Of a stretch of DNA of 64,000 bases, positions 1-8,283 are shown in pieces. How positions within the stretch are numbered: the first letter of the stretch is position 1; each line of letters starts with the position of its first letter. Source of the stretch: an uncultured Candidatus Saccharibacteria bacterium (lineage in GTDB: Bacteria; Patescibacteriota; Minisyncoccia; Phycocordibacterales; CALRHW01); contig CAYOUG010000004.1 of NCBI GenBank assembly GCA_964407105.1, positions 6,936 through 70,935 of the forward strand. Reading direction: 5' to 3'. The translations under genes and the position numbers were made by a program. The notes below the pieces were generated by a model. It saw nothing but the letters and a program-made list of their open reading frames with translations. It was not told the origin of the DNA and ran no database searches.

Positions 1-208
1 CAAACGCGAAAGTGAGCGAATGATACGTGATGAGGATTATTTTCATCGAGAACTTTATTGGGGTACTTTTTCACGCACCATAATGCTTCCTCAAGAGGTG
101 GAAATAGAAGAAGCAGAAGCTGTAGAAAAACATGGCCTACTTATTATCAAACTCCCGAAGTTAGATAAAACCAAGCAAACAAAACTTCGAGTAAAAAATA
201 ATAGCTAA
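1..208 (+). CDS. Hsp20/alpha-crystallin small heat shock protein, C-terminal part (5' end outside window)
   Basis: YFHRELYWGTFSRTIMLP...AEAVEKHGLLIIKLPK resembles the Hsp20 C-terminal signature. Confidence 0.88.
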   Translation, partial: KRESERMIRDEDYFHRELYWGTFSRTIMLPQEVEIEEAEAVEKHGLLIIKLPKLDKTKQTKLRVKNNS

Positions 209-211
209 AAC

Positions 212-243
212 AAAAAAACCGCATCATGTGATGCGGTTTTTTT
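212..243. terminator. Bidirectional intrinsic terminator between hsp20 and tRNA-Phe
   Basis: A7-CCGCATCA-tg-TGATGCGG-T7 hairpin between convergent genes. Confidence 0.85.
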
Positions 244-244
244 C

Positions 245-320
245 TGGTGCCGAGGGGCGGACTCGAACCGCCGACCCCATCCTCTTCAGGGACATGCTCT
301 ACCAACTGAGCTACCTCGGC
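245..320 (-). tRNA. tRNA-Phe(GAA), CCA encoded
   Basis: Reverse complement GCCGAGGTAGCTCAGTTGGTAGAGC...CTGAAGA...GGTTCGAGTCC...CTCGGCACCA folds as a cloverleaf. Confidence 0.97.
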
Positions 321-398
321 ATATTGTTTTCAAACTAAACTATTCTTTCACAAACCGATGCATTCTGCCAAGACAGCTACCTCGGCATATTGTTTTCA
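309..398. repeat. 24-bp direct repeat (309-332 / 375-398) duplicating the tRNA-Phe 5' end and its leader
   Basis: agctacctcggcatattgttttca occurs twice, 66 bp apart. Confidence 0.9.
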
Positions 399-422
399 CA
401 TTATTTTCAAACTTTTTTAAAC

Positions 423-695
423 CTATTTCGGCACAAATAAATTATTTATTTTAATCAAACCGCTATTCACCTTTCCTACACTTTCCTGAAAAGCACCATA
501 TGTAGACCAAAGCTGTTCTAGGTACGGCTGAATATAATAATACGCACCCACAGAAGCCCCAATAAGAATAATCCAATATATGATCCGCGCAACACGAGCC
601 CACCGCTCAATACTGAGCATCTTTCGAAGAATCTTATTGTTTTCTCTTGAAAGGGCAACAGACTCTTCTAGGAGCTGTTTTTCTTGCGGATTCAT
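423..695 (-). CDS. Small single-TM hypothetical protein
   Basis: 90-aa ORF with a coiled N-terminus and one hydrophobic helix; TGCTATAAT lies 7 nt upstream of the ATG. Confidence 0.75.
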   Translation of the reverse strand: MNPQEKQLLEESVALSRENNKILRKMLSIERWARVARIIYWIILIGASVGAYYYIQPYLEQLWSTYGAFQESVGKVNSGLIKINNLFVPK

Positions 696-771
696 ATGAA
701 GGATTATAGCAGAAAAAGGTCAAAAGACAATAAATACAACGTTTTGTTAACGAAAATTTAGATCTTCAATG

Positions 772-843
772 TGCCACCGGCAGGAATTGAACCTGCAACT
801 ATCCCTTAGGACGGGACTGTTATATCCGTTTAACTACAGCGGC
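772..843 (-). tRNA. tRNA-Arg(CCT), CCA not encoded
   Basis: GCCGCTG-TA-GTTA..TAAC-A-GTCCC-GTCCTAA-GGGAT-AGTT-GCAGG-TTCAATT-CCTGC-CGGTGGC-A cloverleaf. Confidence 0.93.
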
Positions 844-888
844 AAAACCTTGGCATTATCACCACACCCCATATCCAAGGTTTTTTAT

Positions 889-1128
889 TTAAGCAGGAAG
901 GCCTAGAAGTTGTGCGAGAAGTGGCTTGTTGAAGCCTATCACAAGCTCATCATCAACACGAATGACTGGAACACCCATTTGACCCGTGAGATCAAGCATT
1001 TCTTCTCGCTTTTTTGTATCTTCAGCAACATTAAAATTTTCAAACGGCACATTATTTGCTTGAAAATATTCTTTTGCAAGATTGCAATAATGACACGTTG
1101 GAGTTGAATAAATAGATACTTTTTTCAT
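889..1128 (-). CDS. Glutaredoxin/NrdH-like redoxin
   Basis: IYSTPTCHYC and TGQMGVPVI motifs. Confidence 0.92.
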   Translation of the reverse strand: MKKVSIYSTPTCHYCNLAKEYFQANNVPFENFNVAEDTKKREEMLDLTGQMGVPVIRVDDELVIGFNKPLLAQLLGLPA

Positions 1129-1221
1129 TAAATTGTGTTTATTATTCGTAAAGTAGGATAATTATACCAACAAAGACAAAAGTGGCAATTGTCGTGTAAT
1201 AAAAAAAATGTTTCTATTAAA

Positions 1222-1614
1222 TTATTCAAATACGGACAAGAAACCAGACCATACTTTTTTTAAAAAACTTTTTTCTTCAATCGGCGCTGGTGGTACTGCA
1301 GACTCGTGCTCTATCAAAAAAACGACTGTTTCCCCCTCTTTTGCAACACTAAATTTTTTCCGAATCTCTTCTTCTGTACCCTTTTCTGTTTTTAAGCGAT
1401 CAATATCTGATACAAGTGCTTTTTGTCGATTTTGTAAATCAACAAGTGTGGCGGAAACACGTTCGAAATCAGCCTGACCTTGTGCTTTGGTACGATACAT
1501 ACTCCACGTGGCGCGCCCCAAAATTATTATCATAAAAAACAATAGAACAACTGTTGTCTTTGAGTATATTATGTTGCGTATTTTACGTTTTTTTTGAAAA
1601 TCTCGCTCAAGCAT
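1222..1614 (-). CDS. Septum formation initiator (FtsB/DivIC family)
   Basis: TM helix, coiled coil, then EEEIRKKFSVAKEGETVVF. Confidence 0.8.
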   Translation of the reverse strand: MLERDFQKKRKIRNIIYSKTTVVLLFFMIIILGRATWSMYRTKAQGQADFERVSATLVDLQNRQKALVSDIDRLKTEKGTEEEIRKKFSVAKEGETVVFLIEHESAVPPAPIEEKSFLKKVWSGFLSVFE

Positions 1615-1654
1615 GATATGTATAGTATGATATCATTATAGCCATAAAACATAT

Positions 1655-1762
1655 ATGTTATTCCACAAAAAAAGCAAAAAAGTGATTGGTATAATTTGGA
1701 TGGTATTGTGCATACTCATCATTATTAGCATGATACTTCTCTACACGCCGTTTTGGAGATAA
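1655..1762 (+). CDS. 35-aa single-TM microprotein (below ORF-track cutoff)
   Basis: MLFHKKSKKVIGIIWMVLCILIIISMILLYTPFWR*; basic N-terminus plus TM helix; fills the intergenic gap. Confidence 0.6.
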   Translation: MLFHKKSKKVIGIIWMVLCILIIISMILLYTPFWR

Positions 1763-1818
1763 AAAGGTAAGTTTTGATAATTTGAATAAAAAAAGCAAAA
1801 ATGGTATTTTTGCTTTTT

Positions 1819-3606
1819 TTATTCCGACTTCACCATTTTTAAAAACACATCATTTGGAATATTTACTGATCCTCGATCTTTCATTTTCTTCTTTCCTTTT
1901 TTCTGCTTTTCACGAAGTTTCATTTTTCGAGTAATATCACCTCCATACATATGCTGAGTCACGTCTTTTTTCATCGCCGAAAGAGTGCGTGAAGAAATAA
2001 TACGGCCAAGCGCTTTGCCTTGAATTTTTGTGGTAAACATTTGTCGAGGTAAAATATTGAAAAGTTTTTCTACCGCCTGTTCTGCTTCCTGCTCTACCGT
2101 GCGACGAGACGTAACACGCGCAAACGCGGGCACGGCTTCATCTGCCACAAGTATTTCTAGTTTTACAACGTCCGCCGGTCTCATTTCTTTTATCTCATAA
2201 GAAAGTGATGCAAAACCAGAAGAAATACTTTTTATTGTGTCAAAAAAATTCCGCATAAGCTCTCGAAGAGGCATCTCCATATGAATTTGCACACGATTGT
2301 CTCCAAAAGCGTGCGTATCACCCACCACAGCTTCATGTTCGTAAAGCATCTGCATAATTGCTCCGAGATAATCTGATGGGGTTATAATAACAACATTAAC
2401 CCATGGCTCAAGAATGCTTTCTACTAAATGTTCTTCTGGAAATTTTGCCGGTGAATAAATCATTTCTTTTTTTCCGTCTTTGTAAGTAACCTCATAAGTA
2501 ATACTTGGTGTTGTTATTACAAGTTCTAGATTAAATTCTCTACGTAAACGTTCTGAAATAATTTCAAGATGAAGCATTCCCAAAAAACCACAACGAAAAC
2601 CACGACCAAGTGTACCGGAAGATTCTTCTTCATATGTAAATGACGAATCAGAAAGACGGAGTTTGCCAAGAGCTTGTTTTAAAAGAATAAAATCATCTTG
2701 ACTCTCAGGATAAATAGATGACCATACCACTGGACGCGGACTCATATAACCCGAAAGTGCCGGCATTGTGTCGTTTTGTGAGGCAACCGTGTCTCCCACC
2801 GAAGCAATACCCGATTCTTTTATACCCGTGACGATGTATCCAATCTCACCAGCAGAAAGAGATTCTGTTGGCGTTTGTATTGGTGAAAATGTCCCGACCT
2901 CAAGCGCATTAAATGTTCCGCCCGCGATTTTAAATTGAAGTGGACTATTTTTCGCTACAGAACCATTCATAACACGCACATACACCACCACCCCTTTGTG
3001 ATTTGAATATTGGAAATCAAAAACAAGAGAACGAAACGCATTGGATTGTTCTGGAATTTGTGGTGGTGGTATTCGATGAATTACTTCTTGTAAAAGAGCG
3101 TCCACACCATCGCCCGTTTTTCCTGACACTTCAAGAATTTCTTCTGTGGAACAATCAAGTAATTTTGCAACCTCCTCTTTTACTTTTTCGGGTTGTGCTA
3201 GAGGAGAATCAATTTTTGTGATTACTGGAATAATTTTTAAATGTGATTCACGTGCCATACTAAGCGTGGTAAGTGTTTGTGCTTGCACACCCTGGGTGGC
3301 ATCTATGAGCAAAAGTGAACCCTCTACCGCTTTGAGCGCCCGTGATACTTCATATGAAAAATCAATATGTCCGGGAGTATCAATAAGATTTAAAATGTAT
3401 TCTTGTCCATTTAACGTATATTTCATACGTACTGGTTGCATTTTTATGGTAATGCCACGCTCTCGCTCAAGCTCCATAGAATCAAGCACCTGATTCATCA
3501 TTTTGCGCTTTTCTATGGTATGAGTAATTTCAAGCATACGATCAGCAAGTGTTGATTTCCCGTGATCTATATGAGCAATAATAGAAAAATTGCGAATGTG
3601 TTGCAT
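1819..3606 (-). CDS. lepA: Translation elongation factor 4 (LepA)
   Basis: IRNFSIIAHIDHGKSTLADR, LIDTPGHIDF, GFRCGFLGMLH and YGGDITRKMKL motifs. Confidence 0.98.
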   Translation of the reverse strand: MQHIRNFSIIAHIDHGKSTLADRMLEITHTIEKRKMMNQVLDSMELERERGITIKMQPVRMKYTLNGQEYILNLIDTPGHIDFSYEVSRALKAVEGSLLLIDATQGVQAQTLTTLSMARESHLKIIPVITKIDSPLAQPEKVKEEVAKLLDCSTEEILEVSGKTGDGVDALLQEVIHRIPPPQIPEQSNAFRSLVFDFQYSNHKGVVVYVRVMNGSVAKNSPLQFKIAGGTFNALEVGTFSPIQTPTESLSAGEIGYIVTGIKESGIASVGDTVASQNDTMPALSGYMSPRPVVWSSIYPESQDDFILLKQALGKLRLSDSSFTYEEESSGTLGRGFRCGFLGMLHLEIISERLRREFNLELVITTPSITYEVTYKDGKKEMIYSPAKFPEEHLVESILEPWVNVVIITPSDYLGAIMQMLYEHEAVVGDTHAFGDNRVQIHMEMPLRELMRNFFDTIKSISSGFASLSYEIKEMRPADVVKLEILVADEAVPAFARVTSRRTVEQEAEQAVEKLFNILPRQMFTTKIQGKALGRIISSRTLSAMKKDVTQHMYGGDITRKMKLREKQKKGKKKMKDRGSVNIPNDVFLKMVKSE

Positions 3607-3659
3607 TGCGTTATATTAACAGAAACTAGCCTTTTTTCCAGTTTAAAATATCTTAGAAA

Positions 3660-5339
3660 CTAACTCACCTCCGGATCAGGACCAATGACTTTCGCTTTCC
3701 AAAACTTTCGATGAAGAGCTTTCCACATTTCATCAACCTCTTTATTTTTAAGTAATTTGAGTAACACCACACCACAAAAAATTCCTATAATTCCAGAAAA
3801 AAGACCTTGAAGGAAAATACCAAGTAAAGTATTTATATTAAAAATGTCATCAAAAATATTTAGATATTTATACGCCACAAAGCCCATAATTATTGATGCG
3901 GAAAAACTTTGAAACGCAGTGCCAAGCACCGGCTCAGCAAAAGTTTTAAATTCCCTCTGAAACAAAAACCAATAAATAAGAAAACCAAACCATGAACCCA
4001 AAGAGTATGCCAACGGCAACACAAGTACAATACTTCCCGACAAATCTTCTACTTTAAAAAGTGATTCTATAAAAAACTGAAAAAATTGAATATTTTTAAA
4101 TAAATAAATTAAAAATGCACCACTTATAATCATACAAATCGCAGAAGCAAAATTGACCAACAAAGGAATGCGGGTGTTACCTTTTGAATAATAAGCACGC
4201 GCAAATAAAAGTATGAGAGATTGTGGAATAAGAGAAATGGTAAAAATAGCAAGACATGCGGCGGTGAGTTTTGTATCCGTCCAAGTAAATTGTCCTGACC
4301 CTAAAATTGTTCGAATTATTTGAGCGCGGAGTACGATAAAAAGTGCCATTATCGGCATTGATAAAAAAATCACATGACGAGTGCCAGCAATCATTTGTTC
4401 AATAAATTTTTCTTTTTGACCCGCAACAATGTGTCTGGTGAGAATTGGAAATGCGGCAAGTGAATAACTCACTCCAATAATACTAAGGGGTACAGACTGA
4501 AGATTGCTCGCAAAAGTAAAAACAGAAATCGAACCGGCAGTCATCATGCCCGCAAAAGCCACAAGAGCAAAACGCGCAAGCTCTGGTGCAGAAACACTAA
4601 ATGCACGCGGAATAGAGACGAGCATTACCCTCCACACCTCTTTAAAATGCACACTTAATGTAATGCGTGGCAAAAACCCCTGATTTATAACAAATGGAAT
4701 TTGAATAAGCACATGCAACACGGCACCAGCAATAACTCCCGCAATAAGCCCGCGCACACCATATATCGGCGACAAAAAAACAGCGCCGGCAATAATTCCT
4801 AAATTATAAAGTATTGGACTGAGCGCATAAACAAAAAAACGATTCGCCATTTGCGTAATACTTCCGAGAATACTTGAAATACCAAGCAAAACCGGTGAAA
4901 GTAAAAGGACTCGTGTTAACAAAATAATTTCTGAGGCATTTCCCGCCTCCACAAGATCGGGGAAAAATGACGACACAAGACTTGGCACAAAAAAGAATAC
5001 GACAACACAAACCAAAATAACGAGTCCACAAAAAACCGTAAATAATGAGTTTATAAACTTTCTTGCTTCCTCTTTGTTGTGTTCCGTTTTTTCAATCAAA
5101 AAAGGAATGAGTATCGACATGGAAACAAGTGACGCTACCGTCACAAAGATTAAATCTGGAATACGAAATGAGGCGTAGTAAATATCAAGCTGTTGACCAG
5201 CACCAAAATAATTAGCAAAAAGACGATCTCTCACAAGGGCAAGAAGCTGAGAAAGAATTGCAAAAAAACCAAGCAGATAAGCTGCCTCATGAAGACCTGA
5301 GATTTCTTTATTTAGAAACTGAATAATTTTACTAACCAT
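3660..5339 (-). CDS. murJ: Lipid II flippase MurJ (MviN)
   Basis: LALVRDRLFANYFGAG...YYASFRIPD; many TM helices. Confidence 0.92.
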   Translation of the reverse strand: MVSKIIQFLNKEISGLHEAAYLLGFFAILSQLLALVRDRLFANYFGAGQQLDIYYASFRIPDLIFVTVASLVSMSILIPFLIEKTEHNKEEARKFINSLFTVFCGLVILVCVVVFFFVPSLVSSFFPDLVEAGNASEIILLTRVLLLSPVLLGISSILGSITQMANRFFVYALSPILYNLGIIAGAVFLSPIYGVRGLIAGVIAGAVLHVLIQIPFVINQGFLPRITLSVHFKEVWRVMLVSIPRAFSVSAPELARFALVAFAGMMTAGSISVFTFASNLQSVPLSIIGVSYSLAAFPILTRHIVAGQKEKFIEQMIAGTRHVIFLSMPIMALFIVLRAQIIRTILGSGQFTWTDTKLTAACLAIFTISLIPQSLILLFARAYYSKGNTRIPLLVNFASAICMIISGAFLIYLFKNIQFFQFFIESLFKVEDLSGSIVLVLPLAYSLGSWFGFLIYWFLFQREFKTFAEPVLGTAFQSFSASIIMGFVAYKYLNIFDDIFNINTLLGIFLQGLFSGIIGIFCGVVLLKLLKNKEVDEMWKALHRKFWKAKVIGPDPEVS

Positions 5340-5344
5340 ACAAA

Positions 5345-7777
5345 CTATTTTTTCTTTTCTTCAATCGGTAAATCAGCTCGTTTTTCTGGTTTATCGTCTA
5401 CAGGTGGTTCAGCGTTTACAAATGGCGCACGACCCGCATTTAAGTTTTCAAGAATAAGCATAACCTCTGGATTGCCTGGATTTAATGCTAAAATTTCTTC
5501 CATTTGCTTAACGGCGAGCTGTCGTTTGTTTATTTTTTCATAACTCAAACCAAGAAAATACTTTGCATTTGAATATTCTGGCAAAAGCGAAATTGCACGT
5601 TCAAAAGATTTCACTGCACCAACATAATCTTTGTAATTGTATTTGAGTAATCCTAGCTCAAAAAACACACCGACATCATTTGGAGAAATGACAGAAATGT
5701 TTTCAACAGAAGCAATCGCCGACTTTATATCTCCCTGACTCACTTCTATTTTAGATTTTAAGAAAATAGCTTCACTGTAATTTGATTTTTTAGATAACGC
5801 TTGAGCAATATATTCTTTTGCTTTTACAAAATCCTGTTTTGTTGCCTCAAGACGAGCCAAAATAAAGTAAATTTGTGGGTTTGCCGAACTTCTTTTTGAC
5901 GCCTCTTCATATGCATTTTTTGCGTTCTCATAAGCCTGATCCAAACCAAGGGGCATCACCGATTCATAAACCCTACCAAGTGCCACCCAATTTTCATAAT
6001 TTGTATTATTAAATTCAATTGCTTTTTGGGCGCTTACTATTGCATTTCCAAGTATTCTTTGAAATTCTTGCTGCACCGCTTCTGTTACTTCACCGGTAGT
6101 AACAGAAGAAACAATAACACCGAGACGATTGATTTGTAACGCGGAATACTCTCGATAAAACGCATCATTTGCACCATACGTAATGGCTTGTCCAATATTT
6201 TTTTCAGCAAAATCAAGATTACCTCCTGCACGCAAAGTGGATGCACCGCGTTCAAAAAAGTAAGCAGATACCATTTTTTGACTAAAACCATACAAAAACG
6301 CAAGACTCACTATACAGATCAATACAAAAGCAAGAACAAAAACGAAACTTGCCTTTGGGAAAGAGGCGAAAGCAAAAGTTTTAGATTTCAAAACCCCCTG
6401 CATGTGTGCGGTAGCAAAAAACAATCCTGTCATAAAAAACGTAAGCACAATAATTGCTGTGCTCGGAACATAAAATATACACATAATCCAGAAATAAAGG
6501 GAAACAAAAAACGATGTGGTTGAAGCATAACGCACAATACTTCTCTGTTCACGAGTAAAAAGTGATATAAAACCAACATAAACAAAAAGCGCCAAAAAGA
6601 CCAACCACGATAATATACCAAATATTCCTGTGGTCACTAAAAATGTAGGAACAAAACCAATGCCAGAAATAAAATCTAGGTTCCAAAACTGTGTTGTGTT
6701 TATGTCAATTGGTTTAAATTGTTGCCATGCTGTAGAAAAATTGTTTGGGCCTATTCCAAATGCTGGGTTTTCTTTTAGTACATTTTTGGAAATGTTAAAC
6801 GTCGCTGTCCATGATGGGCGCACCTGAATATTAGACGCGCCAAGCATTGAGGAAATTGAATTGCTAAACACACTACCTAAAGGCAATAAAAACATAATGG
6901 AAATAACAAGAACCACTAGTGATCGAATAGATACTTTTCTTGTATTATTTCTTCCTTTTGCAATATGAACAACCTCACCATTTGGACTCGTCTCAATTTT
7001 TTTCTCATAATTCGAAACGCCTTCAATTGAAAAGAAATAAACAAAAAACACCAGAGAAAGACACGCTAACACAATCCAAAGAAGTGAAAAATTGGTGATA
7101 ACCAAAAAACAAATTGCCAACACAAAAATCCCATACATAAACATCTTTAAAACTTTTGAAATCGGCAAAAGTTCTATGGTCATAAGTGAAATAATGAGTG
7201 TAGAACCATACAAAATAGCAAGATCATACCATCCACCCACAGGAGTAGCATCTTGAGTAGTAAACATTCCAAAAGAAAGAAAATTTGGACCAAAAAGAAA
7301 ACGAACGAGATGAAAAAGTGAAACTATTATCACAGAAAATAAAATTGCACCAAAAGCATAAACTAATCTTTTTTCAGATCTAAATAAAAGAGAAACTAAA
7401 AAAGTACAAATTGAAACAATAAACAAAAAACTAAATGTACCAACCTCAAAACCATATCCCATGAATGATCGCGCTGAAGAACTACTAAAAATAGAAGCGA
7501 TCAAAGCAATAAGGGGTATAGAAGCAAGCGCTATGTAAATATAGCTAGTTGGCAACTCAAACTGTCCCCTTTTTAATAAATAAACTATGTAGAGACAAAA
7601 AGAAATAATTACAGTAAAAAATACAAGTGCGACCTTACTAAATTGAAAAGTTATAAAAGCCGATGGAATAAAAAAGAATGAAACACAAGTAAGTAAAATA
7701 AATACGCCCAAAAGTGGTAGTTTTTCCAATGTAAATATCGCTCGAATACCTCTTTTATTAACAGTGTTTTCTTCCAT
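5345..7777 (-). CDS. O-antigen ligase/Wzy_C-like polytopic membrane protein with C-terminal TPR repeats
   Basis: Many TMs, PAFGIGPNNF motif, TPR-like repeats (YENWVALGRVYE, FFELGLLKY, AKYFLGLSY). Confidence 0.78.
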   Translation of the reverse strand: MEENTVNKRGIRAIFTLEKLPLLGVFILLTCVSFFFIPSAFITFQFSKVALVFFTVIISFCLYIVYLLKRGQFELPTSYIYIALASIPLIALIASIFSSSSARSFMGYGFEVGTFSFLFIVSICTFLVSLLFRSEKRLVYAFGAILFSVIIVSLFHLVRFLFGPNFLSFGMFTTQDATPVGGWYDLAILYGSTLIISLMTIELLPISKVLKMFMYGIFVLAICFLVITNFSLLWIVLACLSLVFFVYFFSIEGVSNYEKKIETSPNGEVVHIAKGRNNTRKVSIRSLVVLVISIMFLLPLGSVFSNSISSMLGASNIQVRPSWTATFNISKNVLKENPAFGIGPNNFSTAWQQFKPIDINTTQFWNLDFISGIGFVPTFLVTTGIFGILSWLVFLALFVYVGFISLFTREQRSIVRYASTTSFFVSLYFWIMCIFYVPSTAIIVLTFFMTGLFFATAHMQGVLKSKTFAFASFPKASFVFVLAFVLICIVSLAFLYGFSQKMVSAYFFERGASTLRAGGNLDFAEKNIGQAITYGANDAFYREYSALQINRLGVIVSSVTTGEVTEAVQQEFQRILGNAIVSAQKAIEFNNTNYENWVALGRVYESVMPLGLDQAYENAKNAYEEASKRSSANPQIYFILARLEATKQDFVKAKEYIAQALSKKSNYSEAIFLKSKIEVSQGDIKSAIASVENISVISPNDVGVFFELGLLKYNYKDYVGAVKSFERAISLLPEYSNAKYFLGLSYEKINKRQLAVKQMEEILALNPGNPEVMLILENLNAGRAPFVNAEPPVDDKPEKRADLPIEEKKK

Positions 7778-7867
7778 GGTAAATGTTCGTTATTCTTTTA
7801 TTATTAATCGATAATACTTGCCATTATATAAGATTTTTTGACCCCACTCAACGAACAACTTTTACAC

Positions 7868-7896
7868 ACAAAAACCCGCTTTAGGCGGGTTTTTGT
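7868..7896 (-). terminator. Intrinsic terminator downstream of rnpB
   Basis: ACAAAAACCCGC-tttag-GCGGGTTTTTGT inverted repeat. Confidence 0.85.
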
Positions 7897-7905
7897 AATT
7901 TTTTT

Positions 7906-8246
7906 GTCTTGTGTCTATAAGCCGAATTCTGTATCTTTTCAGACGATGATTATTTATCTGTTCTGCTTGTTACCAAGCGAATCAAGCGGCACTCTCTGCT
8001 TTCGCAGAGCACGGCCTTGCATACACGTAAGGATTTAGCCGTTGCAATTTATGTGTTACCACACAAACTTATCCGATTACTCGGATACCGTATTCTTTCG
8101 AAATCCGGCGTCTCTGTTCGCACCTCGCAAGTTACCTTGGACGGGTGTTACCCGCTACGCTCTCCCGCGCGTCCGAAGGCGCGCGGGCTGTATGTTCGGA
8201 CTTTCCTCTATATGCTTTCGCATACAGCAATCATCCAACACAAGAC
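7906..8246 (-). ncRNA. rnpB: RNase P RNA
   Basis: Minus strand has GAGGAAAGTCCG near the 5' end and ACAGAATTCGGCTTA near the 3' end; terminal P1 helix GTCTTGTGT/ACACAAGAC; TGATATAGT -10 just upstream. Confidence 0.96.
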
Positions 8247-8283
8247 CACAATACTATATCACATTTTAAATTTTATTTCAACC

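Noticed and set aside
245-398. attL/attR of an integrated island at tRNA-Phe
   Set aside because: The copies are 66 bp apart, match the 5' end of the tRNA, and no integrase is present; kept only as a minor finding.
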